Source: a virus (taxonomy: Duplodnaviria > Heunggongvirae > Uroviricota > Caudoviricetes). Taken from it: a DNA stretch of 64,000 nucleotides. The notes below the pieces were generated by a model. The model saw nothing but the letters and a program-made list of their open reading frames with translations. It did no database searches and was not told the origin of the DNA. The position numbers and the translations under genes were made by a program. Positions 49,365 through 57,357 of this stretch are shown piece after piece. Location of the stretch: IMG/VR virus record IMGVR_UViG_3300014205_000001, positions 317,413 through 381,412 of that record, one strand, 5' to 3'. How positions within the stretch are numbered: position 1 is the stretch's first letter; each line of letters starts with the position of its first letter.

Positions 49365-51047
49365 ATGTTTACATCTAAAAAATCAAAGTTATTTGACGTA
49401 CCGTCAAAAACAAAAAGTACATCTGGTACTTCAACATCAGCATTCGTCAACGGCGGAATGAAAAAAGCCGTAGAAACAACATCACTTAACGGTGCAGTGA
49501 AATATTCTTCAACAGGAAATGATTTCGTAGATCAATTTGGAAAATTAGGTACTTATAAAGCACCACGTGCTTATAATGATATCGCAAAAGACCAAACATT
49601 GTTATACAGTCAAAATAAAATGTTGACAGTTGCATTTACTCTTTACATTCGTATGATTACTCGTGTTACAGATATTTTCGGTAAGAAAACTACTGTTTCA
49701 CAAAAAGGTGCAGAATTAAAGCACGAAGGTATCATGCGTATGATTTGGTTACATACACAGGACCCAAAAACATTCAAGAAAAATATTACGCTGTTTACAG
49801 CAGTAGGTTCTTGGAAAGATATTATTACAATGTTACAATATGACCTTGTATATAATGGTTGGAAAGGTCGTGTCCTTGATTGGAAATTCTTAGGTGAATT
49901 TATCCTTGCGGGATTAAGTGATGCTACACAATCTGAATTGTTGAAGAAATATCTTCCACAAATTAAAGCAAATTCACAATGTAAAACTGTTGAAGCGCAA
50001 GCAGATAACATGATTGCAAAATGGATTTGTCAATTATTATTCGGTAATAAGTCTGAAGGTGAAAACTATAAGACTTATAAAGCTTATCGTAAATTAAAAT
50101 CAGGTGGTACTGCTCACGAATGGCAACAATTGATCTCTCAAGGTAAACACAACTTGATTGAATTTGAAAAAATTCACGGACGTGCATTGAATTTATTAGT
50201 TCGTTCAAAATATTTGAAAAACCAAGGTTTGACAGAGAAATTTGAAAAATGGATTACTAAACCAACGACTGAAGCAAAATTCACTGGATTCGTTCATGAA
50301 TTATTCTCTAAATTGCCACATTCGTTAACAGGTTTAAACAAAGGTGAACAAGCTACAATTAATAAACAATTTGAAACTTTAGTTGCAAAAGGTCGTGAAG
50401 GTGAAAAGGATTTAAATTCAACATTGATTGTTGTACGTGATACATCAGCTTCAATGGGTTCAAACTGTGCTGGAACACCAATGTCTTGCTACGATGTAGC
50501 GAAATCGTTGGCACTATATTTCTCATCGTTCTTAACAGGAAAATTTGAAAATGCATGGATTGAATTTAACAGTGATGCTAAAATGCATACTTGGAAAGGT
50601 GCTACTGCACTTGACAAATGGTACAACGATCATTCAAGTTACGTTGGAAGTACTAATTTCCAATCAGTAATTAACTTGTTCGGTACTATTAAAAAACAAG
50701 GAGTTGCTGAATCGGAATTTCCAACAGGAATCCTTTGTATCAGCGACAGTGAATTTAATCCTGCTCAATTAGGTCGTACTAACGTAGATGCTGCAAAAGC
50801 TAATTTACGTAAAGCTGGATTCTCACAGGAATACGTCGATAATTTTGTAATCGTTCTTTGGAATGTGGCTCACACTTCAGGAAAAGGTGGACAAAAATTC
50901 GAAACATACGGCGACGTACCAGGCGTTTACTATTTCTCAGGTTATTCTGCTGCAACAGTAGCATTTTTAACTTCAGAAATTAAAACTGCTTCCGAATTAT
51001 TTGAAGCAGCTATGAATCAGGAAGTTCTTTCAATGATCGAACTTTAA
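49365..51047 (+). CDS. TROVE/Ro60-like RNA-binding protein with C-terminal vWA domain (DUF2828-type)
   Basis: Helical N-terminal region (R...G.K..G...M.WL, GSWKD, LL.KYLP) and a C-terminal vWA with MIDAS DTSAS, A.SLALYF, F..DAKM, GSTNFQ.V, ISDSEF, V.WNV; 560 aa, similar in size to Ro60. Confidence 0.7.
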   Translation: MFTSKKSKLFDVPSKTKSTSGTSTSAFVNGGMKKAVETTSLNGAVKYSSTGNDFVDQFGKLGTYKAPRAYNDIAKDQTLLYSQNKMLTVAFTLYIRMITRVTDIFGKKTTVSQKGAELKHEGIMRMIWLHTQDPKTFKKNITLFTAVGSWKDIITMLQYDLVYNGWKGRVLDWKFLGEFILAGLSDATQSELLKKYLPQIKANSQCKTVEAQADNMIAKWICQLLFGNKSEGENYKTYKAYRKLKSGGTAHEWQQLISQGKHNLIEFEKIHGRALNLLVRSKYLKNQGLTEKFEKWITKPTTEAKFTGFVHELFSKLPHSLTGLNKGEQATINKQFETLVAKGREGEKDLNSTLIVVRDTSASMGSNCAGTPMSCYDVAKSLALYFSSFLTGKFENAWIEFNSDAKMHTWKGATALDKWYNDHSSYVGSTNFQSVINLFGTIKKQGVAESEFPTGILCISDSEFNPAQLGRTNVDAAKANLRKAGFSQEYVDNFVIVLWNVAHTSGKGGQKFETYGDVPGVYYFSGYSAATVAFLTSEIKTASELFEAAMNQEVLSMIEL

Positions 51048-51109
51048 GGGTTTATAAAAACGATATATATTTAACTATCTGAGGAATTGGATAGTTAAAT
51101 TCAGAAACA

Positions 51110-51122
51110 AGTTCTTTGACAT
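51110..51122 (+). promoter_or_regulatory. boxA-like antitermination element AGTTCTTTGACAT
   Basis: Resembles rrn boxA (E. coli TGCTCTTTAACA); sits in the leader of the ncRNA array after an ATATATATT motif and a hairpin at about 51070-51099. Confidence 0.55.
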
Positions 51123-51551
51123 CTTTATACAATAAAGCTGTTTAAATTTAATGAAACAAATGTAAAATATTCAAGGATATTTACAAGAGCAACTAGGACG
51201 TAAGTAGTGTCGAGCGAAAACGTGATAAACCTATAGCTATCATTAAAAATATTAGTGGAATAAAACATAACAGAAATGCATGTAAGACTAAATCTGTTGT
51301 ACTATAATGTTTTATTCAAAGATGAATAACAGCAATGTTCGTAAATAATGGTCCTAAGGTAGTTCAGGAACGAAAGTTCACAACGATATACTTAGTCTAA
51401 TACTTCATTTACCTTTGCATTAGGTATATAAGGAAAAACTACAGTGCCCAGTGTCGTACAGCAATAAACTTCTTCGATTCGTGCCTTTGAAGCACAAATC
51501 TTTTATTCTCCGATTTACGGCGACCGTACAAAAAGAATATTCATCTGCAAA

Positions 51552-51842
51552 AGGTTTTTCACAGCAATCTAAACGCATATCATTCAGAGATCGAAACAGG
51601 GGTTCGATTCCCTTCGCCAGCTCATTCCTACTTGTCCCTGAAGTAATTCAAACTTGTAGGTGCAAACAAAACAAATACTGTCCAATCGCAGGTAGCTATA
51701 GGCTAACGTTAAGTTATACCAATAGGAAAAGTCATGATTATTGAAATATAATTTCAAGGCTTGCTTAACCAAGATTCAGTCTTGCAGTATTATAAGCTGG
51801 TGTCGTCTAGTGGTTAGGACTCGTAGCAAAAAAAAGAAACCT
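51552..51842 (+). ncRNA. Array unit 4: circularly permuted tRNA-Glu-like domain
   Basis: T-arm AGGGG-TTCGATT-CCCTT (51598-51614) and acceptor 3' strand CGCCAGCT (51615-22) precede the acceptor 5' strand AGCTGGTG (51795-802) and D-arm GTCTAGTGGTTAGGAC (51805-20). Confidence 0.75.
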
Positions 51843-51846
51843 GAAA

Positions 51847-52007
51847 AGATTTACAACAGCAATTCAAACGTTAATTAAAACAGGCGTATGTGTCTATGGT
51901 CTTATAAGCCATAGTTTGGTTCGAATCCCACCTCCGGCACAAAAAATTACAACATGCCGGTGTATGCGAATTGGTCCAGCAGCCCGTAACAAAACAAACG
52001 TAAATCT
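51847..52007 (+). ncRNA. Array unit 5: circularly permuted tRNA-like domain
   Basis: Closing stem AGATTTAC/GTAAATCT; GGTTCGAAT at 51918; acceptor CCGGCA/TGCCGG (51934-39/51955-60) closed by a loop; D-arm TGCGAATTGGTCCAGCA. Confidence 0.72.
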
Positions 52008-52969
52008 GATAAATACTCTCACAGCAAATTAACTAAATTTTTATTGAAAAAAACCTCGCCCGGCGGAAGGCACGTTAAAGGGTTCGACTCCCTATGAGTA
52101 TTGATAAAGTTACATACAGCAAATTAAAAAAATTCAATTTTGGTTTGAAAAACAAGCGTAACTTGATAAAATAACAGCAAATTACTACGGTAAACAATTT
52201 CTCCTAAAAAGAAATCACATGGTTCAAACCCATAAATGTTATTTGATAAGAATACAATCAGCAACTAACGCAATACACTCTTAATGTAAAAAAGCAAACG
52301 TATTCTGATAAAATAGTACACAGCAATTATAAACTTCGTGACTAGTTAGGCTATATATGCACTATGCTAAAGTTAATATTTTAATATTGAAAGTTATGCG
52401 TCTTAGAACATTAGGTTGGAACTAATTATTCCTTAACTGGTTGGCAATCAGCCCGTACTCTAAGCCATTCAATAAGTAAATAGTATTAATTTCAGACGCG
52501 AACTCTTAAGAAGGCGTAAAGAATAATTAACTTTATGAGGGCCTTAAATACTATTTGAAAAATTTGTCTAACAGCAAAACAAAAATTTATCTGCCAAAAT
52601 CAAGATGGGTTTGGTTCGACTCCAAACGGTACGCGGGATGGCCGCAAAAATAGACAAATGATAAATGTACTTACAGCAAACTACAAAAAAAAACGTCCGA
52701 CTCAAAATCAGAAAATAGTTTAAAACAACAGTACATTGATAAAGTTACCAGCAGCAACATTAAAACGATATAAATAAACTCAATCTAAAACGTATAATGG
52801 TAACTTGGAACTTAAATGTTCACATGCTTAAAAGTCATCGTAACAGCAAACTTTACAAAAACTTCAATTATGTAAAACGACGAGTTGGGTTCGAATCCCG
52901 ACGCCAATGTGAAATCGGTAGCACGGTGCTGGAATAGATTTAAGATGACTTGGATATTCTTTATCACTT

Positions 52970-53000
52970 AAAATGCGATCTGTAAAAGGATCGCATTTTT
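52970..53000 (+). terminator. Intrinsic terminator ending the array transcript
   Basis: AAAATGCGATC / GATCGCATTTT. Confidence 0.85.
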
Positions 53001-53112
53001 CATTTAATTACTTATGAAATTCGGAAAATCAATGTACGTATTTCCTATTTTAGTTATAGTTGCAATAGTTGCAATTTTAATTGGTGTAGGATTCGTAATC
53101 GCAACTATTTAA

Positions 53113-53307
53113 ATGTTTCAATGGAATAAATATCCTGAGTCATTATCGTGTTTCACGAAAAAGAAGTATAAAGATGTTATTGCTGCTTCTGATGCAGGAA
53201 AGAGTCAAATCTATAACTCGAATTTTACAATTCAATTATACATATATGAATGTGACTATTGTCACCAATATCATCTAACACAGCAAAAAACTGATATTAA
53301 AGTTTAA
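53113..53307 (+). CDS. Small Zn-finger protein
   Basis: YECDYCHQYHLT. Confidence 0.6.
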   Translation: MFQWNKYPESLSCFTKKKYKDVIAASDAGKSQIYNSNFTIQLYIYECDYCHQYHLTQQKTDIKV

Positions 53308-53311
53308 GACT

Positions 53312-53908
53312 TTATTTTAGTAATGGATAAAACTTGTTGAATTTTGCAGCACGATCATCAAGTCCATGAGTACCCCCATTTACTTTTTTTGTAACAGCAG
53401 TAATAGTTGCCATATCAGCACCTTTATCAGCAACACAATTTAAAAGAGTTTTATTCCAAAACCAAGCAGCAGATAATAAAGGATATTTTGTTGCAACTAA
53501 ATCAGGAGTTGTTAAAATATCTTCTGTAACTAATTTATCAAAAGCTGCGTAATTGTCATGTCCTGTTAATTGAATAAAACCACGTCCACGAAATTTATAA
53601 CCATCTTTGGATGCTTCATCTCCATTACCCATACGATTTGCATAAACATGACTTGCGATTGCTTCAGGTTTTTTAGCATAAGATTCATTTAATGTTCCTG
53701 GAAAATATTTAGGAAATATAGATTTTAATCCTGCTGCAGAATACATTAAACCTTCGTATACAGTTTTAAAATTACCTGATTCGTGAGCACATTGTGCTAA
53801 AAAATGAGCTAAACGTAAAGGAGTATTGATTTGAAATTTTGCCATTACGTCTGGTATTTGTGCAATTACTGCATCGGGTATTGACCCTTTTAATTTTTCT
53901 AAATTCAT
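53312..53908 (-). CDS. Glycoside hydrolase family 19 endolysin
   Basis: RLAHFLAQCAHES.NF, FRGRGFIQLTG.DNY, SAAWFW, TKKVNGG.HGL.DR. Confidence 0.92.
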   Translation of the reverse strand: MNLEKLKGSIPDAVIAQIPDVMAKFQINTPLRLAHFLAQCAHESGNFKTVYEGLMYSAAGLKSIFPKYFPGTLNESYAKKPEAIASHVYANRMGNGDEASKDGYKFRGRGFIQLTGHDNYAAFDKLVTEDILTTPDLVATKYPLLSAAWFWNKTLLNCVADKGADMATITAVTKKVNGGTHGLDDRAAKFNKFYPLLK

Positions 53909-53924
53909 AATAATTATTTATTTT

Positions 53925-55127
53925 TTATCCTACACCACCATCAACGATTGTCCAGTTGTTAGGTGCAGATGTTAAGATTGCGCGTGCTGCTATTGCTTCG
54001 GCACGATATTTATTTGTTACACCAAAGTTAAAAGATAAATTTGGTTGAACAGGATATTTTGACCAAGCTAAATATAATTCAGTTAAAAAAGGTCCATTAT
54101 AACTAAAATTAGATACAGTTGTAAAATTAGTAGGATTGAAATTTGTAATAGGTTGTTTAAATGCAGTAGCACTGCTAAACATAAATTGACAATTTGTTAC
54201 TGAACGTGTATTTAACCAAGCCAATGATTGATTAAAAAGACCTGATGTTAAAAACAAATTATTCATTGCAGTCACAGAACTTGTATCAGTAAGTAAAATA
54301 GGTTGATTAAATTTTACACACTGTTGAAACATTTGAGAAATATTAAGTAATAAAGGTGAAGTAATTAATGTTACAGGTACATCAAGTGCTGTACGATAAA
54401 ACATTAAATTTGTTGTTGTGACAAGAGGACAATTTAAAAAGATTGGTACAGGTGAATTAAATAAATCACATTCTGCAAACATCAATGCAAGATTAGTAAC
54501 TTGTGAAGTATCAGGCATATCTTTAAAATTACCTACAACATTATTACAACCATAAAAAGCATTTTGAAAACTTTGCCAAACACCAGAACCCCAATTCTCA
54601 ATTGATACTAATTTTCTACGATCATTTGCAATGTTAAAATAAATTGCACCAAAAACACCTTTAATTGAAATAGTATAAGTACCTGCTTGAGGATAAGTAT
54701 GTGTAGGACTAGTTGTTGTAGTTTGATAAGTAGTTGTTCCATCACCCCACTCAATAATACAGTTATACGTACAAGCTGGATTTAAAGGTAATAAAAATTG
54801 TGTGCTTGTAGTTGTACCAGGATTATCAGTTTTTACTTTAATTATAAAAGAATCAATTTTACGATTAAAAGGAATTGACTGTTTAGGTGCCACAGCTGTA
54901 TTATAAATTGTATCGACAGGTGTTGTTGTAAGTGATGTACTATCGTAATAAGCTGTATTTTTATTTACAACTTCATTCCCATTATTAAAAACATTATTAG
55001 TTGTTACGTCATAATGAATATTTTTTGAAGGTTCATCTGTACCTTGAGGTTTTTTGAAAAAATCAATTTTCTTACCATCCCATAAAGTAGTATAAAATTG
55101 TTTCAGAAATTTTAATTTAGTTGTCAT
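53925..55127 (-). CDS. PKD-like domain + BspA/DUF285-type surface repeat protein
   Basis: IEWGDG...THTY...GTY.I.IKG, then about 25-aa repeats (DTS.VT.....F..C..FN.P). Confidence 0.78.
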   Translation of the reverse strand: MTTKLKFLKQFYTTLWDGKKIDFFKKPQGTDEPSKNIHYDVTTNNVFNNGNEVVNKNTAYYDSTSLTTTPVDTIYNTAVAPKQSIPFNRKIDSFIIKVKTDNPGTTTSTQFLLPLNPACTYNCIIEWGDGTTTYQTTTTSPTHTYPQAGTYTISIKGVFGAIYFNIANDRRKLVSIENWGSGVWQSFQNAFYGCNNVVGNFKDMPDTSQVTNLALMFAECDLFNSPVPIFLNCPLVTTTNLMFYRTALDVPVTLITSPLLLNISQMFQQCVKFNQPILLTDTSSVTAMNNLFLTSGLFNQSLAWLNTRSVTNCQFMFSSATAFKQPITNFNPTNFTTVSNFSYNGPFLTELYLAWSKYPVQPNLSFNFGVTNKYRAEAIAARAILTSAPNNWTIVDGGVG

Positions 55128-55159
55128 ATATTATATATGAAACTACTACTTATTTTTGG

Positions 55160-55663
55160 CTATAATTGTTTGGCTAAATGTTCAGGTAATCGGGAAGCAG
55201 CACCAGAACGGATATAAGCTATTCTTTCAGCTTCACTATATTCATTAAAAGGTTTATTAGGTGCTACATAAGGTTCAGGCTTAGATTCAGTTTCTTTTAC
55301 AGTTGAAATTTTATTTTTTAATTCAAATTTTGTAAAGAAAAGGTCTAAACCTGTATTTATATTATCATACACTGATAACATATCGTTTAATTTATATTTA
55401 AAAGATTTTGTTTCATTACAAAACATAATCGTATTCATAGGTAAACTGTTAAGACTGTAAACTGGTAAACTACCTATAAAACCTAATGAATGTATAATGT
55501 CACCATAAAAAGTGTAATGTTTGGAGATAAACATGTCACTAGGTTGGAACATATTTTCTTTATTTACAATACTAGTACCTAAATCCATACGGAAATGAGT
55601 AATTTGTTTTAAGCGATTCATTAAACTCGAATGAGTTACTATGTAAGTAGATTTAATAGTCAT
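55160..55663 (-). CDS. Hypothetical protein
   Basis: 167-aa ORF. Confidence 0.65.
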   Translation of the reverse strand: MTIKSTYIVTHSSLMNRLKQITHFRMDLGTSIVNKENMFQPSDMFISKHYTFYGDIIHSLGFIGSLPVYSLNSLPMNTIMFCNETKSFKYKLNDMLSVYDNINTGLDLFFTKFELKNKISTVKETESKPEPYVAPNKPFNEYSEAERIAYIRSGAASRLPEHLAKQL

Positions 55664-56238
55664 TATTGTATAGGATTATCCTCTTCAGGTTGTTCTTGAA
55701 CTTCACCACTAGGTTCAGTATCTTCTGCACCTGGTACTTCAGGTTCTTCTTCGGTTAAATCAGTTTTTTCTTTAGATTCAGGACCTTGTAATTCATTTTT
55801 GATCTTTTTATTGCCTTCTTCATCTAAATTTTCTAATTTAAATTCGTTTACTAATTCAATAAGTAAATCCGAAACTAATTGTTCAGGTGTAGCAGTTTTA
55901 TCTAAAGAACCTAATATTTCACTATCATTTGCACGGTAACCAGTAAGTTGTAAATTAATTTCAGAAATATCATCTTGAGCAACATTTTTAGCGTCAATAA
56001 TAATATTTAATCGATATTCTATATCAGGTTCACCAAAAAATAATACGCCTGTGTATAAATCTACGACAGAATTACTATCAGCAAATTCAAAATAATCAAA
56101 TTCAAAATCAAGAAGTTCAGTTTCAAACCATTGTTCAAATTGAACTTTACGGTCCATGAACCACTTATCTATTTTATAAGTAGGTGATTCTTTCCATTCA
56201 TTAAACATCAAAACATTGAATATTATAGGTCGTTTCAT
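55663..56238 (-). CDS. Acidic hypothetical protein
   Basis: 191 aa; TATATAAATA upstream. Confidence 0.7.
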   Translation of the reverse strand: MKRPIIFNVLMFNEWKESPTYKIDKWFMDRKVQFEQWFETELLDFEFDYFEFADSNSVVDLYTGVLFFGEPDIEYRLNIIIDAKNVAQDDISEINLQLTGYRANDSEILGSLDKTATPEQLVSDLLIELVNEFKLENLDEEGNKKIKNELQGPESKEKTDLTEEEPEVPGAEDTEPSGEVQEQPEEDNPIQ

Positions 56239-56251
56239 GTATTTATATATT
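56239..56251 (-). promoter_or_regulatory. Late-type promoter AATATATAAATAC (contains the T4 late consensus TATAAATA)
   Basis: Related WATATATAR motifs precede 2243(-), 17681(-), 33638(-), 34447, 47704(-), 49365, 55127(-), 57026(-), 57133 and 63672. Confidence 0.6.
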
Positions 56252-57026
56252 ATTCCTTTGCATTATATTTCCATTTCTCATAACGATCAGTTAATTCAAT
56301 TAGAAACTTATTACGTACAATATCTTCACGTTCAAATTTAAAACTAGCAACTTTATCCATACCTTCACAAAAGTCAATAAAAGTCAGAAATTTTGCATCC
56401 TTGTGTTTAATGTCATATTGACTGACATCTCCCATCATTACAGCATACGATTCTTTACCTAAACGAGTTGCCCATAGCATTAATTGACTCATCTGTACGT
56501 TTTGTGCTTCATCTAAAATCATACAAGCATCATCGAATGTATCACCACGCATAAATGCTAATAAATTGACTTCAATAATACCTGCGTCAAATAATACATC
56601 TGACATAAATTTACCTAAGATTTTTTCAAAAGTAGAAATATAACTTTTCATGTAAGGTAAAGTTTTTTCGTACTGATCTCCTGGTAAAAATCCTAAATTT
56701 TCACCAGCTTCTACAATCGGTTTCGTGATTACAATTCTTGATATTTTTTTATCTGCAAGTAAACCCAGTGCTGTATAACATGCAGTGAAAGTTTTAGAAG
56801 TTCCTGCTGGACCTTGTACAATTGTAAGAATATTATTACGGATTGTTTTATATAACTCAAATTGTTTGGGAGTTAATTCGACACTTAACTTACTAAAAGC
56901 AGTCTTATCGAAATTTGTTTTTTGAGATCGTGTTTTAGAGTTTTGAATTTTGTTCCATTCTTCGGTAGCGTCTTGTTTAAGTGCTAGTTTGTCTTTGCTT
57001 CTCGAGTTACTTGGTTTTTTACTCAT
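56250..57026 (-). CDS. phoH: PhoH-like ATPase
   Basis: GPAGTSKT, ITKPIVEAGENLGFLPG, LAFMRG.TF, ILDEAQN, GD..Q.D, F...DIVR. Confidence 0.95.
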   Translation of the reverse strand: MSKKPSNSRSKDKLALKQDATEEWNKIQNSKTRSQKTNFDKTAFSKLSVELTPKQFELYKTIRNNILTIVQGPAGTSKTFTACYTALGLLADKKISRIVITKPIVEAGENLGFLPGDQYEKTLPYMKSYISTFEKILGKFMSDVLFDAGIIEVNLLAFMRGDTFDDACMILDEAQNVQMSQLMLWATRLGKESYAVMMGDVSQYDIKHKDAKFLTFIDFCEGMDKVASFKFEREDIVRNKFLIELTDRYEKWKYNAKE

Positions 57027-57132
57027 AGGATAGATTTTTTGTATAATTTATATATGATTATCAATGAAGCTTCCTTTGATATGTGAACAGTAATTTAATA
57101 TATAATCTAAATAATGCGAGAACGCTGGTACT

Positions 57133-57357
57133 ATGGAAACAGTTTTAGATAAAAAGGAAAAACTGATTTATTCGATACTATTTTTATCTAAAATCGATTT
57201 TGAAATTAGCATTCAAGATTATTGTAATGCTGACAAAAGATCAGACTTTAGAGAAGAAATACGGATCATAATAAAAAAAGGCGAAATTTCTATTGTAGAA
57301 GATCGCATCATACATAAGGATGACTCAGTTATTTGGAAATTAAAACTTAAACGATAA
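57133..57357 (+). CDS. Hypothetical protein
   Basis: Coupled (TAATG) to the giant gene. Confidence 0.6.
   Translation: METVLDKKEKLIYSILFLSKIDFEISIQDYCNADKRSDFREEIRIIIKKGEISIVEDRIIHKDDSVIWKLKLKR

Larger units (their letters stand above)
51258..52951 (+). ncRNA. Tandem array of about 14 ACAGCAA-stem RNA modules with tRNA-derived cargo (Y-RNA-like array)
   Basis: ACAGCAA at 51329, 51458, 51561, 51856, 52021, 52116, 52174, 52320, 52571, 52673 and 52843, with variants at 51270, 52258 and 52751. Each is preceded by a unit-specific 7-11-nt strand whose complement closes the unit. GATAA/GAAAA linkers separate most of the later units. Confidence 0.85.

Noticed and set aside
51451-51772. ORFs 51451..51744 (+) and 51584..51772 (-)
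   Set aside because: They overlap RNA modules with clear T-arm and acceptor pairing, have no protein motifs, and are best seen as chance ORFs.
52311-52556. Group I intron in unit 10 (AGACGC...AAGAAGGCGT resembling P7)
   Set aside because: Only about 15 nt separate the putative P7 strands, too few for P3' and P8, and no P/Q elements or splice sites were found.
51258-52951. CRISPR array interpretation of the ACAGCAA repeats
   Set aside because: Only 7 nt are conserved, flanking stems differ in every unit, unit lengths range from about 58 to 290 nt, and no cas genes are visible.
51552-52951. Conventional functional tRNA genes in the array
   Set aside because: No unit has acceptor-D-anticodon-T in normal order with a free 3' end; the parts are permuted or isolated.
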